Origin: Naegleria gruberi
Lineage: Eukaryota
DNA length: 64,000 nt
Assembly (NCBI GenBank): GCA_000004985.1
Contig: GG738906.1
Direction: 5' to 3' (one strand)
Part shown: positions 54,528-64,000 of the stretch, one piece after another
Position numbering within the stretch: the first letter of the stretch is position 1
Layout: each line of letters starts with the position of its first letter
Translations under genes and position numbers: made by a program
Notes under the pieces: model-generated
Told to the model about the DNA's origin: nothing
Seen by the model: only the letters and a program-made list of their open reading frames with translations
Database searches by the model: none

Positions 54528-57500
54528 ATGGACACTATAAAGATTGAGCCAAAGCTCATAGATATCAATTCTGAAACGTATTGGGGTATGATAGATAGGT
54601 TGTATGCTCAATGTGAGAGAGCTATGGTAAGTAAATTACATAATTATAAGATTCCGAATGGTTTTATCATTACAGGATAACGGTTATATTGAAGAAAACA
54701 AAGCTGGTAGTTTTGAAGACTTTTTTCCAAAGCTGCTGCAACTCCAAGTTCCTGTTCTTGAGGGAACATCAATTGATGACCTTATAAAATTATTCTACGT
54801 TACACAAATGTCATTGGAGTAGGTATTCAAAAATTATTGAGTGATAATTATGTAAAAGAATTTCGCAGGATAGGGAGAAATCTTCAGAAGGGGAAATAAT
54901 GGAGTTGGAAAAACAAAGTAAGAAAATACAAAAAGAATTGGAAAATGAAGTGAGGAGTCATCAAGATACAAAATCGTTACAGGAACAACAAACAGTTACA
55001 ATTTCTAACATGGAAAGAAGTGTTAGAGAAGCTAATGAAAAAATCAAACGACTACAAAGTGAAGTAAATGAACTCAATGTGCAAAATAAGGATTTGGATT
55101 TGAGACTTAAAACTGACATGGATCAAAATGTAAAAAGTAAAAAGGGAATTGAACGAGCTCAAGAAGAAAGACAAAATTTACTATATGAAATCAAAGCGTT
55201 AGATGAAAAATTAAGAAATGCAACAAAGGTTAACGAGAGAAAAACTAAAGATATGGAAGAAATGACAACAAAAATAACAAAGTAAGTGATTTTAGAAATG
55301 TGAATTGTTCAAACCAATCTAGTTTCGAGAGAGACCTCCAAGAAAGTAAGATTCTCACAAGAGAAATGAGTAGAACAAACAAGAAATTAGAGGAAGAATT
55401 GGACATTTTAAGATCAAACATTGTTGAGCTTGAAAAGGAGAAACAATCCATCACTTCAGCAGTACAGAAAAAAGTTAAAACTTTGGAAGAACACTCTTCA
55501 AATAGTACTAATGAAATCAAAGAGCTTCAGACATATATTTCCCAACTCGAAAGAGATTTGAATATTGAGAAGGAGAAATTTGAAAAAGTTCAACTGCTGT
55601 CATCAGATAATGAATCCAGGATTACAGAACTAGAAGAAAAGATCTATCAAAAGGAAGCAATTATTTACAAGTTAGAAAACGAAATTGAGGAGATTCATCA
55701 TCAGCACCAAGTTCAGAGTCAAGGAAAAGTTGATTCGGATGGAAGAAGCGAGGGTGAAAACACCTCTATTAATCAGATCAACACATATCAGGAGCAAATA
55801 CGAAAACTCAATTCACAATTAGAAGCTATCACCTCGACTCTGGACGAAACAGTTTCTGAAAGTGCAAGAAAATCTAAAACTGTTGAAGAGTTGACAAAGA
55901 GTGTGTCCGACAGAGAGAATGAGGTGGCCACAATCAAAGCAAAATTACGTGAATATGAAAAAGGTGTTTCAGGTCTAGATCAAGCCTTGAAAGAAATTAG
56001 ATATTTACGAGAGCAAATATCTCTAAGAGATAAGGATATAGAGGAGTATAAAACTAAGCTTAACACTTATATTATGGGAATACAAGAATACGAAGAAGAC
56101 AACAAGTATTTGAGGAACAAGCTGGGAATACCACTGAATGAAAATTTGAAAAAGTATGCTCTTAAAAACTTTGCTGAAATTCAAATACAGACAGATACTA
56201 TACCTCCCGAAATTATTGAAAAAGAGGTTGTGAAAGAAGTTATTAAGGAAGTCCCAGTTGTAAAGTATGTTCAAAAGGATGCTCATAAACCAAAGGCAAT
56301 TGATAAATCGGTACAGGTACAGATAGTACTACACCCAACAACCCCACCACCACCAATACAGAAAGTTGAAACCGTAACCAGCCAAAGAAATGTAGAAACA
56401 AATAATACCGAATCTCAAACTGAAAATAACTATAGAAACTCTCAGACGCAAACATTAATTGTAAATGATACCCAAAATGAAGATCTTATTGCAAATTTGA
56501 GAAGAAAGATTGCCTATCTGGAATCACTATTATCTGCTACTGCTAACACAAGAGAAAATTGTTGCCAGACTATTCAATACGAGGAAGAGCCTCGAATTAA
56601 TCATGAAGCTCTCGAATTGAGGAAAATTATTTTGGAGAGAGAAGAATACTATAAAAATATTATCAAAAAATTGAATGAGGCCATCGAGAAACTTAAATCC
56701 AACAATGAATCCCTCATAGAAGATGCAACAAAAATACAGACATATTATCATGGAGAGCATTCAGTCTTGGAAAGTACAATAGATGTAGTGAAAAGAGAGT
56801 CAGAAAAACGAATGGCGGATATGAATGAGGAAATACAATTCCTCAATAATGAGATTTCAAGGTTGCAATCTGCGCTTAAAAGTGAAATTTTAGAAAAGAG
56901 AAGTTTACAAGATGAGAAAAAACAAACGGATGTTGTAATTTCACAACTTCAATCTTCAAATTCAGACAAGGATTCTCAACTTGGAAAGTTACAACATCGT
57001 TTGGAGAGTTATAGAGTTTCTTGCAAATCAATGGAAAGAAGTTTGGAAGAAAAAATAGACACCATCGAGGAATTAACACTAGCTAAACTCAAACTTGAAA
57101 ATAAGATCAAGAGTTTGGAATCAAAATTAAAAGAAACTGAAGAAAAATTAGAAGCATTTACCGACCATACAAGATTACTTCTAGAAAAGGAAGCTATTAT
57201 AGAGAATTTAATCCTAGATAAGGACCAGATTGTGCATGAACATGAGGTTGACCTTGAATCAATTAACAAGTTCTCTGAAAATATGAAAAAAACAATAGAA
57301 AATTTGAATGAAATGCTTGACCAAAAAGAGACCACCATACGGGAGTATGAGCAGAAAATAAATGAAATAAGAGAAGAACACATGAAAGACAAGTTTGAAT
57401 CACAACAAGAATTGTCTAGACTCCAATCAAGACTTAATAATGACAACAGTGATCTCTTGCAAAACTTGAAGAAGAATATTAAGAAAATAGAAAATCAGGA

Positions 57501-59305
57501 AGAACCTGAAATTCCACCAGAGGCTGGGTAAGTTGTTTGCTTTCTTTTAAATTTCAATTATTAAGAGTTCGTATTGAGGAGGTGGAGGAAATGATTGCAG
57601 CAAAGACAAATGATATTAAAATATTAACAGGAAGAATTTCAAGATTAGAGAATCTACTCAAGGAAAAAGATGTAATGCTACATGAGGCTATGAAGACTGT
57701 AAGTACATAATTACTAATTAAGAACTTAACATTTTCCAGTTTGATGAGATGAAGTCAAGACTAGATCAAGAAATTGAGGAGCACAAACAAGCAGCAAATG
57801 AAATGCATATTCAGCTCATCTCAGAACGAGACGAGTGCCAAAAACTTAAGAGACAACTCTCTGAACATGCAATGAAAAAGCAGCTCACTCTCCAACAAAA
57901 AAAGATGGAAAAACTCAACCAACAAAAGGAAAATCTTGAACAAACTGTTAAAAACATTTCCAACAAGCTAGTCAAGGCAGAAGAAAAAATAATGGCTTTC
58001 GAACTCCACAAAACTAATGTGGATAAATTTGAAATAGAGAGACTCAAAAGAAAAGAGGAAAAACTCCAAGAAAAGCTCCAAGACCAACTCAAAACCAGCA
58101 TCAACCAAAATACGCACTACCAAGTTGTAACCGAGAATCAAAAACTGAAAAGCAAGTTAGAAGAACTTTCAAAGAAAGAAGAAATTTTAAACAAAGATAG
58201 GCAGGAATGGACCAAAAAGTTAGAGGAAATAGGAAAGGAACTTGATGAAACAAAAAAGGGTAGACAAGAAAAAGCAAACAAGATCATTGACCTTCAAAAA
58301 GAAATACAGGTCCATATCAAAGCAAAAAAAGCCCTAAAAATTGAACTTGAAAAACTACAAAAGGAGAATGAAGAGCTCTCAAAAACAAAAGTTGGATTCC
58401 ACGAAGAAAAGAAATTGCATAGCCAACAAGTATCTAAATTAATGAAAAAGTATAGTGAACTTCAAGAGGAAAAAAACAGAATATCTGATGAACTAGGAAA
58501 TGTAAAGAAAGAACTTTCAGAGCTTTCAAGTGATAAAGAAATAGAGAAGAGACATGCAATTGAAAAGGTGAGAGTTGAATATCAGAAAATGTTGAATAAT
58601 GCCAATTCTGAAATTGATAGATTGAGAAAAGAAAAAGAAGTAGTTGAATTGGATAATAATGAAAACAAAGAGTTCCTCGAGAAGAAACAACAAGAAATGT
58701 ATGGAAACATCTCCAAAGCACTCAAGGAGAAAGATGACGCTCTTAAAGAAAAAAACAAGCTTGTAGGTGAAACAAAGGAGCTTCGAAAAGAAAATGAGGA
58801 GCTAAAGAATGCTCTCACTACACTGCAGCAAGAAATATCTGAAATAAGTAAGGAGAAAGATTTAGAAAGAAAAAGAGCAGTAGAAAAAGTTAAACAAGAA
58901 TACCAAAAACAATTACTTCAAACTAATTCAGAAATTGATAAGATGAAAAAAGAAAAAGAAGTAAGTGAACAAGAGGAACAAAAATCATCTGCCAAACTGA
59001 AAAGTCAACAATATTTTGAAAGAAAACAACAGGAAATGTCTTTAAATTTATCCAAAGCTCTTAGAGAAAAGGAGGAAGCTATCAAGGAGAGAAACAAGCT
59101 TCTCAATGAAGCTAAGGAGTTGAGAACCGAAAATGAAGAATTGAAAAACGAGTTGAATGCATTTGATCCAGAATTTTTCGAAGACATTGAAGATCTAAAA
59201 TATAATTATGTTCAAGCATTAGAAGAGAACAAATTGTTCAGGAAGAAACTCCAAGAATTAAATGTTTCAATAGAGGAGGATATTCCCAAAAGAAGAGGAA
59301 GATAA
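54528..59305 (+). CDS. CEP290: CEP290 homolog (ciliary transition-zone coiled-coil protein, ~1517 aa); join(54528..54626,54676..54818,54874..55281,55323..57527,57566..57698,57740..59305)
   Basis: The C-terminus LNAFDPEFFEDIEDLKYNYVQALEENKLFRKKLQEL matches the human CEP290 C-terminal motif LENFDPSFFEEIEDLKYNYKEEVKKNILLEEKVKKLSEQL. The N-terminus IKLFYVTQMSLE matches IHLFRITQSLMKMK. KGVSGLDQALKEIRYLREQISLRDKDIE matches SGVYGLEDAVVEIKNCKNQIKIRDREIE. Five introns of 38-55 nt. Confidence 0.75.
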
Positions 59306-59320
59306 TCATTACCAATTAAA

Positions 59321-60403
59321 TTACTTTCTTTCTATCTCTATTTTAATATCCCAAAATGCCTTAATAAGTGAATCAAGAGCTTTCTTTTCTCTATCGTTCA
59401 ATCTATCGATAAGAGGTTTGAATTTTTCTGGATGTTTCTTATAGACTTTAAAGTGTGTCAAAATTTCTTTAAATACATGGGCAACGAGATCATCATCAAA
59501 AACCTGCATTTCCTTCTCTTTTTCCTTTTTGTGGTCCTCTCTTTCTCTGTCTTTGAGTCTTTTAGTCATTTTGTCTGGGGTGTAATCTCTAAATAAAATA
59601 TCAAGAAATAGAGATTGGTCCGATTCTGATAACTTTTCACATAATTGCAGTAATTGTTGAGGATTTTGGGTGTAGTGAATTAAATTACCCTCAAAAATTT
59701 GCAGAGCCTCTTTCACAGAATCTGAAGCATTTTCTAATAACTTTTTTGTTACACTCTCATCACCAATATTATCCAAATCATCTTCCAGATCATCTTCAGT
59801 CAAGTTTTTCCATATTTTAGAATTAATATCACTCCCAATCATGGCTGTATTTTTTACAGCTTCTATAACTTGAGGATCATTGTTAAAATATTTAATTGCA
59901 TCATCAGGTTCTTTTTGTAATAAATCCATCAATGAAGACAACTCGTTTGGAAGTAATTTTGATATGAAATGGTCGGCTGCGTTCTTGTCTGTAATCATGG
60001 ATTGTCCTGATTTTAATAATTCAATATAAATTTGTTTCAGTTTAGATTTGGTCACATTTTGTTTGTCTTGTGTGAGAGTATTTAAATTTTTGAATTCTTG
60101 AAGTAATTGTTGTTTAAATTCTTCATCATCTGATAAATCATCAAATACATCATCCGAGTCATCGGAATCATTTAAAAATCCTTTTGAAGAAAGATCCTTA
60201 GCAAGTTTTTGTGTAAGTAAATCAACAGTTTTAGTGTCAATTTCGGAAATTTCTTCATCATCAAATTTTAGAGTGCTACTTGTTGATTTTGATCCTAAAG
60301 ATTTTTTTTCTGCGTTTGAATCTCTATTCTTCTCCTTGTTGAGTGATTCCATCAGATTTTGCATAAAAGAATCCGAAGGATTGTTGTTCAACCTTTTGCT
60401 CAT
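59321..60403 (-). CDS. Acidic hypothetical protein (360 aa), function unassigned
   Basis: Single ORF with an A-run ATG. D/E/S-rich N-terminal half and a K/E-rich C-terminal tail. No motif I can name. Confidence 0.45.
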   Translation of the reverse strand: MSKRLNNNPSDSFMQNLMESLNKEKNRDSNAEKKSLGSKSTSSTLKFDDEEISEIDTKTVDLLTQKLAKDLSSKGFLNDSDDSDDVFDDLSDDEEFKQQLLQEFKNLNTLTQDKQNVTKSKLKQIYIELLKSGQSMITDKNAADHFISKLLPNELSSLMDLLQKEPDDAIKYFNNDPQVIEAVKNTAMIGSDINSKIWKNLTEDDLEDDLDNIGDESVTKKLLENASDSVKEALQIFEGNLIHYTQNPQQLLQLCEKLSESDQSLFLDILFRDYTPDKMTKRLKDREREDHKKEKEKEMQVFDDDLVAHVFKEILTHFKVYKKHPEKFKPLIDRLNDREKKALDSLIKAFWDIKIEIERK

Positions 60404-60502
60404 TTTTTTGGTTCGTTTTCCCGCCTTGTTTTTTCGTTTTCATTTTTTGATTCTTTTGCAGCAGTTACCTGAAAACTACAGCAAAAATCCAGATTAAAAA
60501 AA

Positions 60503-63500
60503 ATGAGCTTAGAAGCCTCCCTACTCTCTAAGAAGATTACTCTTTCTCCGAGAGTAAATTCTGATGAGAAGGATTTCTTTTCGGAAGATTATGGAGAGGA
60601 ATTCGAAAAGCCAATTATTATGCAAGAGGAGATATTATTGGATGGGAATAATAGTAATTTTTTTGATTTTAAACCAAATCAAGAAGAGGATCAAGTTCTA
60701 ATTCCAAAATATAAAAAAAACAGAAATGCAATACCAGGCAAATCAATTGAGTTACAAGGAGTAGATAATAGTAAACTAGTCAGGGGTAAGGATACCATTG
60801 AAAAAATTAAACGAAAGCACAATATTGCAAAAAATACTTCTCCCCTTAGGCCTAGAGTCACTTCTCAAACACCTGATCCTATTCCCCAACAAAATTCAAT
60901 TGTACATGTCCCATTGAGTGAATTTTCAGCAACACGGTTAGAAGTTCATTTGCCACAGTCACTAAATCAAAAAACTAAACCTGTCAAACATCTTATAAAT
61001 AACCAAGAAGAAATGATTAGTATTGAGGTTGTTAAAGATGTTTATGCATCCTATATGAGTGAATCAAATTACGAAAACGATGATGAATATGTTATTAATA
61101 TTACTAAGGACGATAGTTCCACAGTTTCAAGTGGTAGTGAAGTTGGAGGTGACAACTTTGAAATAATCAAAAGCAAAGTGTCAATCCAACCAGATTATTC
61201 GACTGTAAAAATGGAAACAAAACAGATTATGGAGGAGGAAATTAAAACTATGAAAAATATGAAAAAAAAGGTACCCTCAATTGCAACTCAACAATTGGAT
61301 TTTTTTAAACGAAAGAGCAGAGATCTTTTTACAGACAACTTTAAAGACTCATCATTCAAGAAAAAGAATTATTCCCAGGTAAAGAGCAAGGTAAATTCAA
61401 TGTTATATACTTCTGACGAGGAAAACGAGGATATAGATATAGAAAGAAGAGATGACTCCCAACTTTCAATTAAACTGCCTTTTCTTGACAAGAAGAAAAA
61501 GAAGAGAAAGACAAAGACAGATTTGACTCCAGAAAAAGTACCAAAACCAGAACTCACAACAACATTCAGTGTTCAATCATTTTCAGAGTTTGAAGAAGTT
61601 GATTTTTTCGATGGAAACGAGGATATGGGAATTGTTGACGATGTCATTAAAGCAGCAAGTGCTCGAGGGTGTTCCAATCTCCCAAAAACAAAAATCCCAA
61701 AAAAATATCACATCATTGAAACAACCCCAATAGCTACAAGAGATGAATTAGACAAGAATTCACAATATAATATCGAGAAAAAACTATGGGAAACAACTTT
61801 ATTTCCCTCCAACAAACCAACATCTAGAATTGAGGTTGTTCAACTGGCTAGAACTTTTGAACAGATGCTTTCTGAATTGAAAGAAAAGAAGAAGGATGAG
61901 GCATCAGAAGTTAACGAGGAAATAACGATATTGGATGTGATAGCATCAGAAATATCAAGACAAATAAGTGGACAATGTGCTGAAAGAGGTATTCTTCTGG
62001 ATAAACTCGTTTCGAGATTCAAAAGATTAACTTCAAAATCAACAAAGATAAGCAAAGAAGCTGCTAGTAAACTAGAAGATATACAAGCTAGAGAAAAGCA
62101 AGTTAATTCTATGGTTGATTTTTATACAGATTTGGCTAAATCGAAAGAAGACCAATTAGCAAAGAAGGAAGAAGAAATAATAGAACTATTGGATCAAATT
62201 GAGCGCCTTAAATCACAACTAAGACAAACAAAAAAGGGAATACATGCAATGACAAGTGAATATTTTCAAGAAAGAATTCGACAAGAAATGGTATCCAAAA
62301 GTTTGCAGGTAACTCCAAGAGAAAACCCTAACTATATCATGGAACCAATTAAGATACCAACACCAAGAATAATAGAAGAAGAACTGAAAGAAAGTCTTTC
62401 TCATTCAAATATTGAAAAGAAAAAAATTCAAACTGAAGAAAGATCTGTAAATACCCCAACAATTGAGGGAATCAGTTTGGATAGCATTAAGGAGATTGAG
62501 AGATTTAATTCTCTATTTGTTAAAACCCAAGTTGAAGAGGATGAAGTAGATATTTTCCAAAGGCACAAACCTAAACCAAAACCAGAACCAAAACCACCTC
62601 AAGAAGTACTCAAAGCAAAAACAAAAGAAAAGGAAACTCAAACAGCCCCCGTTATCATGAAAAAACCAGAAGCTGAAAAACCCGTTCATTCACCTCGTAC
62701 TGTTTATGAAACAAAGTACAAACAAGGATCCATTAGAGACAAAGCAGTGCAGGTAATAACAGCAATTAAACCACCTACACCTCCACCTCCACCTGTAGTT
62801 GTTGTTCAACCAAAACCTGTTCAAATACTCCCTCCTCAACCTCCACCTGTTGTTGTTGCAAGTGTATCAACCCAAACATTCCTTGCAGGAGAGGTAATTA
62901 AACCCTCTACAGAACGTCAGAAATCTGAATCTGAAAGAAATCCATCTCCAACAACTATCAGATCTGTTTCACCTGTTATCTCCCAAATGAGGTCAAGTTT
63001 GGACAAAAATGAGGTTATCAAGAAGAGAATAGATAGTAACGTAAATTCGCAACCAGAATCAAGAAATAGTAAGAGAGATAGCATCGACTTTTTAAAGTAC
63101 AAGATGAAACTTGTAAAGCCAGAAGATATCTATAGTCTTTTCAAGGAAATCTTAAGCTCTGATAAGAGTGTGAGAAAACAAACATTGAGATGGATGAACA
63201 AGATGATTTTGGATATTTTTTTGGAATTATCAGCTAGTGATTTTTTATTCCATAATAATGAGCTAGTTCTGATTAGAAAATTTGTTTATGATTTCTTCCT
63301 TCTAAAATTTGGTTTACCCACAATTGCTTTAAATGTAAGTTAAATATTTTAGTCACATTCACAAAGGATTAATTAGCATTTGGCAGAGTTTTTGATTAAT
63401 ATTAAAAGCAAATTTAGGGAGAGTATTAGAGTTCAAATGTTTACGCAGTATTGTGTATTATCTGAATGGATTGGTAAAAATATTTCACCAGAATATACAA

Positions 63501-64000
63501 TTCCTACTCTCCAATTTTACTTGTAAGTATACATGATGCTTTCTACAAACTAACTTGCAAACAGAAAGGTATTAAATTTTACCAGAGGTGTTCTCAACAA
63601 GAGAGCTTTACACGAGTTAGAAGATGGTTCGCTTTTTGTTTCACTTTCTTTTGTACATAATTTAATGGAACGAATGCAACTACCTCTTCAAATGGACGAA
63701 TTGCAAGAATTTATTATCCAAATCAAGGAACAATCTGAAGATAATTTGTAAGTTTTATGAATAGTTTTATTGATTATTATATATAGCGTGTATTTTGATT
63801 ATTTGCTTAAATTATTGATTGAGTTATATCACAATAAGGTGATTATTAAAAAACGAAAATTGGCACCAGCAGCACATGACTCTATTGGAAACAAACAGGC
63901 TGCAAAACCACAAAACCAACAAATATCGATAACAATTTCTTCCTTTAAGAAAATGCTTAAAACTTATTTCAAAAAACTCTACATAGTACGAGATAGAATT
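60503..64000 (+). CDS. Large hypothetical protein with a proline-rich segment (PPTPPPPPVVVVQPKPVQILPPQPPP); 3' end runs off the window; join(60503..63334,63389..63522,63565..63747,63787..>64000)
   Basis: A main 946-codon exon, then at least three further short exons joined by 54-, 42- and 39-nt introns. The second intron has a CTAAC branch motif 11 nt before the AG. The frame is open to the window edge. Confidence 0.5.

Noticed and set aside
1-64000. CRISPR arrays, prokaryotic operons, rRNA and tRNA genes
   Set aside because: None seen. No direct-repeat/spacer periodicity, no tRNA-like conserved T-loop/acceptor structures, and the gene structures with introns are eukaryotic.
1-64000. Assignment to Dictyostelium discoideum on the basis of AT-richness and GTAAGT mini-introns
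   Set aside because: Intergenic DNA is only ~70-75% AT, without long homopolymer runs. Poly-Q/N tracts are rare. The window encodes the cilium proteins CEP290 and RABL2, which a non-ciliated dictyostelid would not be expected to keep.

Overview
This window is a gene-dense stretch of AT-rich eukaryotic nuclear DNA, roughly 33 genes in 64 kb, with the standard genetic code. It contains no CRISPR array, rRNA or tRNA.

Genes and gene structure. Most genes are intronless. The rest carry one to five very short spliceosomal introns of 36-91 nt. The donors seen are GTAAGT, GTATGT, GTACGT, GTAGGT and GTGAGT. The acceptors are (Y)AG, often preceded by a CTAAC or CTAAT branch-like motif 10-20 nt upstream. 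Nearly every start codon sits in an A-run (aaaaaaATG). Several ORF-track entries are intron read-throughs or exon fragments, and I re-modelled them by hand; exon coordinates are approximate to within a few nucleotides.

Recognisable products.
- Replication and chromosome biology: MCM2 (5' partial), SMC2, the DNA primase small subunit, and an RFC1/Elg1-like clamp-loader subunit.
- Translation and RNA: CCT8, TAF7, cysteinyl-tRNA synthetase, eIF2B-delta-like, and a RluA pseudouridine synthase.
- Signalling and trafficking: an OTU deubiquitinase, a DHHC palmitoyltransferase, a WDR59-like GATOR2 subunit, LAMTOR4 (missed by the ORF track), and a mu-homology adaptor-like protein.
- Cilium: a RABL2 GTPase and a roughly 1500-aa CEP290 homolog.
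- Bacterial-type enzymes that nevertheless carry spliceosomal introns or eukaryotic targeting signals: a DinB/YfiT-like protein, PhzF, a RimK-type ATP-grasp ligase with a signal peptide and a Ser/Thr-rich stalk, and a TilS-like PP-loop ATPase with a mitochondrial-type presequence.
- Others: a Sel1-repeat protein, a saposin-like protein, a Zn2Cys6 zinc-cluster transcription factor, a degenerate DEAD-box-like protein, and a hemerythrin-like remnant.

Organism. CEP290 and RABL2 imply a ciliated or flagellated organism, which argues against Dictyostelium or Entamoeba. The intron style, the Zn2Cys6 factor and the saposin- and hemerythrin-like genes fit an amoeboflagellate or a zoosporic fungus. I cannot name the organism from sequence alone.

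Most unusual region. Positions 24.7-27.0 kb are an atypically long, gene-poor island. It is bounded by inverted repeat blocks, both packed with CRE-like TGACGTCA half-sites.
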